Of a stretch of DNA of 64,000 nt, positions 20,801 to 28,790 are shown in pieces. The DNA is from Ignavibacteria bacterium. Lineage in GTDB: Bacteria; Bacteroidota; Ignavibacteria; Kapaibacteriales; Kapaibacteriaceae. Each line of letters starts with the position of its first letter. Positions within the stretch are counted from its first letter, which is position 1. The position numbers and the translations under genes were made by a program. The DNA is taken from NCBI GenBank assembly GCA_016707005.1, contig JADJIQ010000005.1:460585-524584 (forward strand), written 5' to 3'. Under the pieces are notes generated by a model. That model searched no databases. It was not told the origin of the DNA and was given only the letters and a program-made list of their open reading frames with translations.

Positions 20801-21388
20801 ACGATCCGTGAGCTGCGCGCCACGCTTGTGAATAATGCCAGTGCATTCTTGCCGGATTCCACAGATCGCGGTGCGCTTCGCACGAGCCTACGTGGTGAGG
20901 ATCGACTCTCATACCTGTTCGTTGAGAATGTGCAGGTGATCTCCACCCGTCAAAAGATCACAGAGGTCAGGGGGCTGGTCTTGGCCGGTACCATCGAGAC
21001 AGTTCCTCTCACATGGGAAGATGTGTCGTGGCAAGGAGAGGCATGTCCTACTATTCGTTCGACGAACGGACTACTGTATATCTCGGGATGTAATCTCTCA
21101 GGGAGAGCATTGCGCAACTTCCTTGCGTCAACCGTTGGTGTCCGCGCCTTGCCGTCCGAAGATAGGATCGCCATTGATCTCCAGGCGAACATGCCGGGAC
21201 CATATCATTTGCAACTCGTTGGTCTTGATGGTCGCGTATTGTGGACGCACACGATCACTCGCACCGAGCGTGATCTCGGTGCTGCTCCACTGCAGATCGA
21301 TATGTCTGCAATGAGCACAGGAATGTATGTGCTGCATGTTGTACTTCCGGCGAACTCGGAGACCATTCCATTCGTATGGGTCCGATAA
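17873..21388 (+). CDS. Large T9SS-secreted surface protein: an N-terminal beta-propeller-like region, 6 tandem Ig-like repeats, then a CTD.
   Basis: It has a signal peptide and a repeated motif W-S-P-x2-G-L-S-D-P...P-x-A-S-P...T-T-Y-x-V. The C-terminus is CTD-like (GPYHLQLVGLDGRVL...GMYVLHVV). Confidence 0.8.
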   Translation: MSKQPRYGSGGRSRVGSTLVYAAVALVCVLLPSITVIAQPLSTMNWYFGQRAGVTFRNGSIEAVADGQLNTSEGCATYSDPLTGELLFYTDGVMVWNRIHEIMPNGMGLAGDPSTSQSALIVPAPGRPNIYYVFNAAPVTSSNVGTRCLCLYYSIIDMRADAGFGDVVKKNEVALNDITEHLTATADCNGDGWWIVVRSRSTRHFYSLHLTRDQLAPTPVVSDASNPTLIVREAGQMHISPDSRQLVITSATGNSQLYDFDAQTGKVTNGINLFKTEIFGSHYGAAFSPDSKKVYISVANEGPITPTRVYQFSIGVKDASTITASKFLLGEISGTYTWTPMQLALDGRVYIGISGKPWLALIDAPNSDSSLAALQDTAIRLSGVCRSGLPNIIGSTLIDPALRLTACSLPRASFDYPADICEKTCISIRDASTGSIDSWQWYFEGGSPSSSIERNPQRICYESSGVYSIRLIVSNGYGSDTAYSYVTVMPRPSVSIDSVAEICPGTPIQLRAYGADSYVWSPANQVSDPLRSDPVVRPRSTTRYTVIGTNSYGCKDTTTILVRVTDMSAGSDVSICVGASAQLTAQGAESYSWSPIDGLSDPLSAEPIASPDRTTSYVVTMQRGQCIVRDTVVVTVVDSFNVKIVGPDRTCIGDTLILSPSVGTSHVWSGNGVIDPTSTVARVVMGNSPTMIRLIARSGDCLAYDSLMVQPVFGPPIELGPDVRVCQGESTVLTAQTAATDVVWSPSDGLDRTLGNTVICLPSATTRYIASARGDSGCVNFDTITVVVLPRPDAHAGADTSICAGSSVQLNASGTADRFEWSPTIGLDDPTALRPIASPVQTTTYVLRALTGTCESFDTVTVFVSTLNVGISADTVICKGEATMLRASGASTYQWTPPAGLSDPNSDTPLASPQTTTTYTVRGIDQLGCEQTRSVTVRVRDTASIRLIAGSVTAAAGSEDVGIPVFVEVPASLLPLTIRELRATLVNNASAFLPDSTDRGALRTSLRGEDRLSYLFVENVQVISTRQKITEVRGLVLAGTIETVPLTWEDVSWQGEACPTIRSTNGLLYISGCNLSGRALRNFLASTVGVRALPSEDRIAIDLQANMPGPYHLQLVGLDGRVLWTHTITRTERDLGAAPLQIDMSAMSTGMYVLHVVLPANSETIPFVWVR

Positions 21389-21413
21389 TTCGAAGCACAA
21401 GCGGTACTTTTGT

Positions 21414-23531
21414 ATGATGGATCGACGATATGCCCACCTCTTGTGGGCTTTTTTCATTGCGACAACGATCGTTAGTGCGCAGACCCCGAAGCGCGATACG
21501 CTTCGAACACGCCACGTAACCGATAGTCTCCGTACGTATCTCAAGTCACAGGTTGTTGTGACCGGGACGCGCAATGAAGTGCGTCTCAAAGACTCACCCG
21601 TTCGTGTTGAGGTGATCGGCAAGGAACGGATCTCCACAACGGCAATGACGGACATCGGAGATCTCCTCCGTGAGCAAGCCGGTATTGTGATCACCGGTGC
21701 CGTACGAAACGGGATACAGATGAATGGCCTTGGCCCTGACTACACACTCATCCTGATCGATGGACAGCCCGTAGTAGGACGTGTGGCCGGTGTTGTAGAC
21801 CTCTCTCGTATCTCTGTTGGGAATGTAGAGCGCGTTGAGGTAGTGAAGGGGCCAATGAGCAGTATGTATGGAAGTGACGCCCTGGCCGGCGTTGTGAACA
21901 TCATCACCAAACGTCCGGCCAACGGATTCAATGGGACCGTCATGGTTCAGGGCGTTACAAGAGGCCCCCTCGAAACTCGTATTGAAGGTGGCTGGGGCAG
22001 TGATTCGATAGAAGTCTCGGGATTCCTTGATTACAAGAACCAACCGCAGTTCTCACTCCCGCTTGATACAATGTCCATTCCGTATGCGGGGTTTCAGGAT
22101 GGCACGCTGCACGGCAAGTTTCAATGGAAGTTTGCCAAGGGGTGGACCACTCGTGCTTGGCTCAGACTTTTTGGGTCGGAGACGCGCGGATCATTCATTG
22201 AAAGTGTTGCCGGACAGATCGCACAAAACACAGGATCGGTGCAACAGTGGGACGTTTCCAGTACGGTTGGCGTAGAGTACCAAAGCGGTCGCGCACGACT
22301 CACCATGAACGCCTACGGGTCTTCCTATAACGAACGATACAACTTCGATTCTTCTCAGGGGGCTGCTGGTTCAACTGATGATCTGTTGCGGCGCATTGGT
22401 CGACTCTATGCGCAATACGACGTGCAGCTTGGAGCTGCCAACAGACTCACGATGGGCGGAGAGTTCCTCTACGATGACATCGATGGATCTCGATACAGAG
22501 ACTCAACCGGCGCACATCCGTTCTATCGCACCTATGTGGCGTTCGCCCAATGGGAGGGAATGCCAACGGATTGGATCTCGTATGTGGTGAGTGGACGATT
22601 TGACGGCAACAGTGTCTTTGGTTCGGCGCTGAGTCCGCGCCTTTCGTTGTTATGGAAGCCAGGCGAGAACCTACGCGCGTCCGGATCCATCGGTACTGGA
22701 TTCAAAGCCCCCGACTTCCGTCAGCTCTACGTAACGTTCTCCAACCGGCTTGCCGGTGCAGGTTATGACCTGATCGGTGCCGAGCGCCTGGGCAATACGT
22801 TGGAACCCGAACGCAGCGTCTCGTATGACCTCAGTCTACGCTATGAAGATGGTCAGCGTCAGCTCACGGATGAGCTATCCCTTCTCTACAGTGCTGAGAT
22901 CCGCGCCTTCCGAAACGATCTGCGAAACCTGATTGAGTTTTACTTCGTGGAGTCTGTTGAGGGCAGAGATGTGTACTCGTATCGCAACATCTCGCAGGCC
23001 TATACACAAGGGATCGAGTGCAACCTCCGTCTCGCACTTGCCATCGACAACGTTGGCGTCTTCAGTGCACTCGGCGGATATCAATTCCTCGATGCAAAGG
23101 ATGTGCAGGTTCTTGAGGCGATCGACAATGGTGAAGCCGGCACCATCGATGGACTTCTCACGCGCGAAGACTACCATGGACTGTGGGGTCGGTCTCAGAA
23201 CAGCGGATCGCTCCGCATTCAGTACGACTCTCCCGACCATGCTTGGAGCACCAACGTTCGCTTTCAATTCATCGGACGGTACGGCGATGAATCTCTGGAC
23301 AAGAACGGTATCGTGATCTCTGATCCGCCGCGCAAGGTCCTCGACCGCGATGACGAATTCGTTCAAGGCTACGTTGTTGTCAACCTTGCTCTCACACGCT
23401 CATTCATGCTCAACGAACAACGTCTGCTCATCGGTACCGGCATCAATAACCTGCTCGATGAATTCCACCCAACACTCATTCCGGGATTGGTTGGGCGGCA
23501 GTTCTACGTGCAGGCAAGCATCAGCTTTTAG
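21414..23531 (+). CDS. TonB-dependent outer-membrane receptor.
   Basis: It has a signal peptide, a plug domain (VVVTGTR, GPMSSMYGSDALAGVVNIITK), a beta-barrel and a terminal aromatic residue (...ASISF). The start is placed at the MMDRRY methionine. Confidence 0.85.
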   Translation: MMDRRYAHLLWAFFIATTIVSAQTPKRDTLRTRHVTDSLRTYLKSQVVVTGTRNEVRLKDSPVRVEVIGKERISTTAMTDIGDLLREQAGIVITGAVRNGIQMNGLGPDYTLILIDGQPVVGRVAGVVDLSRISVGNVERVEVVKGPMSSMYGSDALAGVVNIITKRPANGFNGTVMVQGVTRGPLETRIEGGWGSDSIEVSGFLDYKNQPQFSLPLDTMSIPYAGFQDGTLHGKFQWKFAKGWTTRAWLRLFGSETRGSFIESVAGQIAQNTGSVQQWDVSSTVGVEYQSGRARLTMNAYGSSYNERYNFDSSQGAAGSTDDLLRRIGRLYAQYDVQLGAANRLTMGGEFLYDDIDGSRYRDSTGAHPFYRTYVAFAQWEGMPTDWISYVVSGRFDGNSVFGSALSPRLSLLWKPGENLRASGSIGTGFKAPDFRQLYVTFSNRLAGAGYDLIGAERLGNTLEPERSVSYDLSLRYEDGQRQLTDELSLLYSAEIRAFRNDLRNLIEFYFVESVEGRDVYSYRNISQAYTQGIECNLRLALAIDNVGVFSALGGYQFLDAKDVQVLEAIDNGEAGTIDGLLTREDYHGLWGRSQNSGSLRIQYDSPDHAWSTNVRFQFIGRYGDESLDKNGIVISDPPRKVLDRDDEFVQGYVVVNLALTRSFMLNEQRLLIGTGINNLLDEFHPTLIPGLVGRQFYVQASISF

Positions 23532-23622
23532 TTACGTAGTTACTCAGTTACATAGTTACTCAGTTACGTAGAAACTTTGATACTCTGTAACTCTGTAACT
23601 GCGTAACTGAGTAACTGCGAGT
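23530..23622. repeat. Inverted octamer-repeat blocks (GTTACNNA on the left, GTAACTNN on the right) forming a long imperfect hairpin that exactly fills the gap between two convergent stop codons.
   Basis: The left arm gttacgtagttactcagttacatagttactcagttacgtag is complementary to the right arm tctgtaactctgtaactgcgtaactgagtaactgcgag. It is a probable bidirectional terminator. Confidence 0.8.
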
Positions 23623-24104
23623 TAGACCGGCTTAAATCCTTCAAACGCCTGCAAGCACTTGTTGCAGTAGTGAAGGGAGCGGCAGAGAGTTGGTCCGAAC
23701 GGGCTCTTGAGCGTGGTGTCACGTGAACCGCAGAATGGGCAGGCCACGTTGTTCAGCACATCAAGCTTCAGTGTGAGCGTATCAAAGGGCTCTGGTGGAG
23801 CAAGGCCATGTTTTAGCAGAGCGGCTTTACCCGCTTCGGTGAGGCGATTGGTAGTCCATGGTTGATCAAAGGTGACACTTACCGTCACGTTCGAAACACC
23901 AAGCCCCCTAACAGCCGATTCAACGTCATTACGCATCACAGTGATCGCCGGACATCCAACGAATGTTGGCGTCATGGTAACGTGGACCTCGTCATCACTA
24001 CGCACATCAACGTTTGTGATGATCCCCATGTCCACGAGAGAGATCGTTGGGATCTCCGGATCGTGCACATTGAGAAGTGCATCATAAACATCTTGCTGCG
24101 TCAT
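23622..24104 (-). CDS. paaD: Phenylacetyl-CoA 1,2-epoxidase subunit PaaD (DUF59/MIP18-like, with a C-terminal Zn ribbon).
   Basis: It has VHDPEIP and IVDMGII-type motifs and a C-terminal CPFCGS...CNKC. Confidence 0.8.
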   Translation of the reverse strand: MTQQDVYDALLNVHDPEIPTISLVDMGIITNVDVRSDDEVHVTMTPTFVGCPAITVMRNDVESAVRGLGVSNVTVSVTFDQPWTTNRLTEAGKAALLKHGLAPPEPFDTLTLKLDVLNNVACPFCGSRDTTLKSPFGPTLCRSLHYCNKCLQAFEGFKPV

Positions 24105-24105
24105 C

Positions 24106-24861
24106 TCACCACTCCGCAGACGGATCGATGCGATAGACTTCCGTCATCTCATCAAGAAGCGGTTTGAGGTGTTCTGTATGGTGTCCCTTACGTCCACCAT
24201 ACACTGGAGTGACATTTGTCGGGATCACGAGTGTTGACGTTTGCAGGAGTTCCTCAACAAGTTCAACCCAGCGTTGCTGAGCGGCTACTTCTCCAATGAA
24301 GATCCCATCGGCTATCAATGCATCCTCATGTTCTCCGGGCTCGAACATTCCCAACGCATATGGCCATGCGACATTCAGGGCCGACTGCATTCGTGCATGG
24401 GACTCTTCGTTGCCATTGGCACCAAGTTGTACCATCCATGTTTGAGCATGATAGAGATGGTACTTCAGTTCGCCGTGGATCTTGCGGGCAAGGTTGGCAA
24501 GGGGCTCTACAGAGCTCTGAACCAATGCCGTCCAACGAACATACTCTGCCACGTCAAAGAGGAAGTGTCGTACGAGTGAGAAGTCATATTCACCATTCGG
24601 CAACTCGACGAAATGCGAGCAGCGCATCTTGAGTTCATCGCGCATGAAGGCTGCGGTGTCCGCATCCGGCCCTCCGCCAAGTTCGTGCATGATGGTGTAG
24701 AGAGCTTGAGCGTGACCGAGTTTGTCTTGCGCGATCGAAGAAAATGCAATGTCTTCTTCCAAGAGAGGACCAAGTCCGGTCCACTCCGAATGCCTGTGCG
24801 CAAGGATCAGTTCGTCATCCGCCATGCGGTAACAAAGGTCGTTCAGTGCGTTCGTATTCAT
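24106..24861 (-). CDS. paaC: Phenylacetyl-CoA 1,2-epoxidase structural subunit PaaC.
   Basis: The C-terminus GGRKGHHTEHLKPLLDEMTEVYR matches E. coli PaaC (GGKKGLHTEHLGPMLAEMQYLQR). Length is 251 aa. Confidence 0.85.
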   Translation of the reverse strand: MNTNALNDLCYRMADDELILAHRHSEWTGLGPLLEEDIAFSSIAQDKLGHAQALYTIMHELGGGPDADTAAFMRDELKMRCSHFVELPNGEYDFSLVRHFLFDVAEYVRWTALVQSSVEPLANLARKIHGELKYHLYHAQTWMVQLGANGNEESHARMQSALNVAWPYALGMFEPGEHEDALIADGIFIGEVAAQQRWVELVEELLQTSTLVIPTNVTPVYGGRKGHHTEHLKPLLDEMTEVYRIDPSAEW

Positions 24862-25253
24862 TCGGCAGAGCCTTCCGTATTCTGTTTCTTAAAGGCTTCC
24901 ACCTTGTTGCGGACCATGTAGGCCGACACTTCCCGGTATTTCTTCTCGGGAGTTGTGGCGAACACATCGGCATCTTCTGCAGACATCGTGAACACGTCTC
25001 TTGTGTTCACCACCCACAGATTCACCGTTTGGCCACGCCGAGCATACTGCTCCTTTGCCAAAAGGAGAGCTAGCTCGTGGTTGGGTGCGTGAACACATCC
25101 AACGTGCATGTGGTGTGCACCACTCTTGCCCTGGTGGAAGACCTCAAAGGTCTGAAACTGATCGAGCTCCGGTTTTGGTTCCAGCGGGTCTTTCCGCTCC
25201 GGATCGATCTGCATCCGCGTAACACGCGGGTCGAGGGATATGATCGTCGCCAT
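24858..25253 (-). CDS. paaB: Phenylacetyl-CoA 1,2-epoxidase subunit PaaB.
   Basis: The FEVFHQGKSGAHHMHVGCVHAPN...LWVV segment resembles E. coli PaaB (YEVFVRGKQGLSHRHVGSLHAPD...VWVV). It overlaps paaC by 4 nt. Confidence 0.85.
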   Translation of the reverse strand: MATIISLDPRVTRMQIDPERKDPLEPKPELDQFQTFEVFHQGKSGAHHMHVGCVHAPNHELALLLAKEQYARRGQTVNLWVVNTRDVFTMSAEDADVFATTPEKKYREVSAYMVRNKVEAFKKQNTEGSAE

Positions 25254-25331
25254 GAGGGCAAATTTACGAACTTTTCAGCCCCCATTGTCCTGATTAAGAC
25301 AGACGGTATGAGAGGTAGAGAGAGTAGACGG

Positions 25332-25537
25332 GACGTTGACGTTATGACGGTATGACGGTATGACGGTATGACGGTTATGACGTTATGACTGGTAACTAAG
25401 TAACTGCGTAACTGAGTAACTGAGTAACTGAGTAACTAAGTAACTGCGTAACTCTGTAACTGAGTAACTGCGTAACTGCGTAACTCTGTAACTGCGTAAC
25501 TAGTAACTGCGTAACTAGTAACTAGTAACTAGTAACT
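25332..25537. repeat. Largest tandem octamer array: 4 GACGGTAT units, then about 20 GTAACTNN units, degenerating into GTAACTA heptamers.
   Basis: It is read directly from the sequence. It occupies the position upstream of paaB where paaA would be expected. Its 3' part encodes the last 7 codons and stop of the gene at 25515..27818. Confidence 0.9.
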
Positions 25538-27818
25538 GACTTACCCCCACCATCTCCCCATTGGCCATTACCGTAAGCGAATAGGGTCCTGTTGGCAGAC
25601 CGTTCACGTTGAGGGTGATGTCTATTTCACCGTCCGGAACGCTGCGGGCAGACGAGTAGCCCATCACGCGTCCGGCAACATCATGCAGGGTGGCTGTTAG
25701 GTCCGCAGAGGGCCCCTGAACGTGTTTTACTGTGATGGTTAGAGAAGTAGAGGCCGGAACAGGAAAAGGGGCTGAGAGTCGCCACGAGGAGCCCGCACTG
25801 ATCACGAGTGCGGCCACACCTACATCGCAGCGAGATGAGCCGGTGAACGCGATGGGAAGCCCCTTACTTTGAATTGGGATCTTCCCAACAGAGCAGGTGT
25901 CGGGGAGGGCAAGAGTATCTTCTACAAGGCCTGTATCAATGGCCGAGGCACAGAGGGTGAGCTCGCCGATCTCACCGGGAGCGATGTTGATCGGGAATTG
26001 CGCTTGGGGCATCGAGAAGTAGACGTTGCCCACGAAGAACGGACGGGAGATCACCAGCGGTTCGTTGGTTGAGATGTTTCTGATGCGGACTGTGCGGCAA
26101 GCCAGGGTACCTACGTTGTGATCGTTGACGATGATCACGCCGCCGTCGCCGGGGCTGAATTGCACGTTCGCCTTGTTGCGGGTATCGAGCTTGACAACAC
26201 GCGTGGTGTCCGACGTGCCAATACAGCCATTGTCGTCCACCACCGTCACCACATAATCGCCACCCTGATCCGTTGTGATCGAGCTGCTTGTTTCGCCGGT
26301 ATTCCACTCATACTTGCGGAAACCGGGAGGTGCCGTTAGAGTGATCACGTCATCGAGACAGATCGTGAGTGACCGGTTTGCTTGGATTGTTGGTCTAGGA
26401 CGGGGGTTAACGGTTACGGTGATCTCCGACGTGGCGGTGCAGCCGGCGGAGTCGAGGGTTACACAGGTGTACTTCCCACTTGTCTTCACCACCGTGGACT
26501 GTGTTTGGTCACCATTGGACCACAACCAGGAGTTGATCGGCCCATCCACACTGAGGGTGATAGAATCTCCCTCACAGACAGTCTTCGGGATGGAGGTGAT
26601 ACGCGGTTCGAATGTGCTTTTCAAAGCAACTCGTATGGTATCCTTGGATTCGGCACATGTTGCTCTGTCATAGACGGAAACGATGTACCTGCCAGGTTCA
26701 GTCAGGTACCTGCCCGGGGACTTTACGCCATCGCTCCATGAATAATTGTCAACGGCAGAACGCGCTTCTACAAAGGCACTATCTCCCTTGCAGATCATGA
26801 TAACCTCATCAGCGGGGACGATGGCAACCTTTGGTCCGGCTGCATTGAAGTTACTTCTGTACACACCCTGACCAACGGCCCAGCCGAGCGTGTCGTTGAT
26901 GAAGAAGATATCGTCGATGTTTCCTCGGATACCACAATTACGGTTGGTCCAAGACTCCCCCGCATCGTCGGTATACAACACAGCCCTATCGTTGCCCACG
27001 CCCCATCCGCGACGTTCATCGAGGAGGAAACTGCCGAACATGTTTGCGCCGGTCTGATATTCTCGCCAAGATCGACCAGCATCGTTGCTATATCTAAGAG
27101 AACCGATTCCGCTGGCATTACCATCACACGTGTTACCGGCTGTTGGGATCAGCATGGCATTGCCGGAAATGGCGAGCTCCTCTGACCAGACCTTGCTGCC
27201 TGTTCGGGAGTAGATGCTCCATGACCGACCGAAGTCTGTTGTGCGCCACAGAACTCCGCTGCTCACAGCGAATCCACTTCCGTTACGGAAGATGATCCCG
27301 TCACTCAGTCCGCTCATCGGCTCGGTCCCATAGGACACCGTCCAGCTCTGTCCGGCATCGGTCGTCCGGTAGAATGCCTGTATACCTGATGCGCAGCCAC
27401 CAACGAAATACAGACCTTCGTTCTGATTGATCCAGTAGGAGCCCCATCCCTTTTCAAAATTGGGATCGAAGGGTGAGATGTCTCGCCAGGTTATCCCGCC
27501 GTCATCGCTGCGAAAGACGCCGGCATGACCTGACACGTAGCCGATCGAAGGCGTCAAGAACTGGACATATTCGAGAAATGCCCCTGGGATAGTAGAACCG
27601 CGCCACGTGGCACCGCCATCCGTGGTACGAATGATCTCACCATTCATCCCGCACACCCAGCCTAGATTCTGATTGCCGGGCAGGAAATAGACGTCGAGAT
27701 AATACCCTTGATCATAGGGAGGTGGCAACAATGCTTCCTTCCATTGCGCAGCAAGCGGTGCCGTTAGCGAACAGCAGAGCAAGACCAATGTTGCGATATG
27801 ACCAAAGGTTCTCTTCAT
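25515..27818 (-). CDS. T9SS-secreted BNR/Asp-box beta-propeller protein with Ig-like domains and a CTD.
   Basis: It has a signal peptide (LVLLCCSLTAPLAAQ), Asp-boxes (TTDGGATW, SDDGGITW, TTDAGQSW, TTDFGRSW, SNDAGRSW, TDDAGESW) and a CTD-like tail. Confidence 0.75.
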   Translation of the reverse strand: MKRTFGHIATLVLLCCSLTAPLAAQWKEALLPPPYDQGYYLDVYFLPGNQNLGWVCGMNGEIIRTTDGGATWRGSTIPGAFLEYVQFLTPSIGYVSGHAGVFRSDDGGITWRDISPFDPNFEKGWGSYWINQNEGLYFVGGCASGIQAFYRTTDAGQSWTVSYGTEPMSGLSDGIIFRNGSGFAVSSGVLWRTTDFGRSWSIYSRTGSKVWSEELAISGNAMLIPTAGNTCDGNASGIGSLRYSNDAGRSWREYQTGANMFGSFLLDERRGWGVGNDRAVLYTDDAGESWTNRNCGIRGNIDDIFFINDTLGWAVGQGVYRSNFNAAGPKVAIVPADEVIMICKGDSAFVEARSAVDNYSWSDGVKSPGRYLTEPGRYIVSVYDRATCAESKDTIRVALKSTFEPRITSIPKTVCEGDSITLSVDGPINSWLWSNGDQTQSTVVKTSGKYTCVTLDSAGCTATSEITVTVNPRPRPTIQANRSLTICLDDVITLTAPPGFRKYEWNTGETSSSITTDQGGDYVVTVVDDNGCIGTSDTTRVVKLDTRNKANVQFSPGDGGVIIVNDHNVGTLACRTVRIRNISTNEPLVISRPFFVGNVYFSMPQAQFPINIAPGEIGELTLCASAIDTGLVEDTLALPDTCSVGKIPIQSKGLPIAFTGSSRCDVGVAALVISAGSSWRLSAPFPVPASTSLTITVKHVQGPSADLTATLHDVAGRVMGYSSARSVPDGEIDITLNVNGLPTGPYSLTVMANGEMVGVSQLLVTSY

Positions 27819-28648
27819 CGGATGATGATCGCACGTCCCTTCATCAGTTTACGGTTGGAAGTGATCGCAACAACATACGCCCCTTGAGGCACTTGGGAAC
27901 CATCGTTGCCTCTGCCATTCCACGTATAGCGGAATGATTCGCCGGAAGCAATTGCATTGTCCGATGCTACAATAGCACCCAGATGGTCAAGGACGGTGAT
28001 CTGTAGTTGTTCGTTTGCCTGGGTAGGTACGGTCATTGACACCTGGTCGTGGGCAGGCACCGGTGAAACCACAACATCTACATCGGAGTACTCATCCACG
28101 GAATTGGGGAGTCCGACAACGACCTCCACCACAGGCATGCGATTCCATTGATCGATGGTGCCGGCACTGCCATCTCCGTTCACGGCATTGCCAATGGCCC
28201 GAAGATAATAGGTACCGGGTTGGGAGGGGGCTGTCCAGGTAAAGGTAAATGACGCCTCGTTGTCGACCAATGGTTTCGGCGTAGAATGAGTGAGTTCACC
28301 GGCAGAGAGTCTCAACCCCTGACCAGTCACGATCCCGAGGGTACCTGCGTTCGTGGTCCCTTGTTCGGTGGACTTTACGGCTATTCCAACTCCCGCAGCT
28401 TGTCGTGAAAGATGGGACACTACTACGGTGAGGGTAATGGTCTCCCCACTCACGGCAGAGAGCTTTCCGTCTACAGCTTGAACAACGCGCAATGTAGTGG
28501 CTGGGTTCGCTGAAGATGCGGCTCCATGACATCCCGAACCTGAACAACCGGGAGAGTTCAGGGCTGTGCGTCCTGCCTGACCAGAACCGCTGGCGAAAAG
28601 TCCAGTGGATGCAACGATCAAGATCACAAGAGTAGAGAAGATCCGCAT
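27815..28648 (-). CDS. Small T9SS-secreted protein with an N-terminal C-x4-CH motif and a CTD.
   Basis: It has a signal peptide and the motif GCSGSGCHG right after it. The C-terminus is CTD-like (GAYVVAITSNRKLMKGRAIIIR). It overlaps the upstream gene by 4 nt. Confidence 0.65.
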   Translation of the reverse strand: MRIFSTLVILIVASTGLFASGSGQAGRTALNSPGCSGSGCHGAASSANPATTLRVVQAVDGKLSAVSGETITLTVVVSHLSRQAAGVGIAVKSTEQGTTNAGTLGIVTGQGLRLSAGELTHSTPKPLVDNEASFTFTWTAPSQPGTYYLRAIGNAVNGDGSAGTIDQWNRMPVVEVVVGLPNSVDEYSDVDVVVSPVPAHDQVSMTVPTQANEQLQITVLDHLGAIVASDNAIASGESFRYTWNGRGNDGSQVPQGAYVVAITSNRKLMKGRAIIIR

Positions 28649-28724
28649 TCAAAAGTTCCGTTTAGAAATGAACATCGTGGTGAGTGAGTATGATAGCTCA
28701 AAGAGGTCAACTGTTACGGACTTG

Positions 28725-28766
28725 GCCAAAATAAAAAGCGGGGACGCACTGACGTGCGTCCCCGCT
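28725..28766 (-). terminator. Rho-independent terminator of the giant gene.
   Basis: A 13-bp perfect stem agcggggacgcac/gtgcgtccccgct with loop tgac is followed on the minus strand by a T-rich tract. Confidence 0.7.
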
Positions 28767-28790
28767 GAAATGTGAAGCTGGCTGGTCGAA

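Noticed and set aside
21389-21413. A cobalamin or other riboswitch ahead of the TonB-dependent receptor.
   Set aside because: Only about 25 nt separate it from the upstream gene stop. There is no room for a riboswitch aptamer.
2980-25537. Possibility that the tandem arrays are CRISPR arrays.
   Set aside because: The units are contiguous 7-8 nt repeats without unique spacers. This is far too short for CRISPR repeats, and no cas genes are present.
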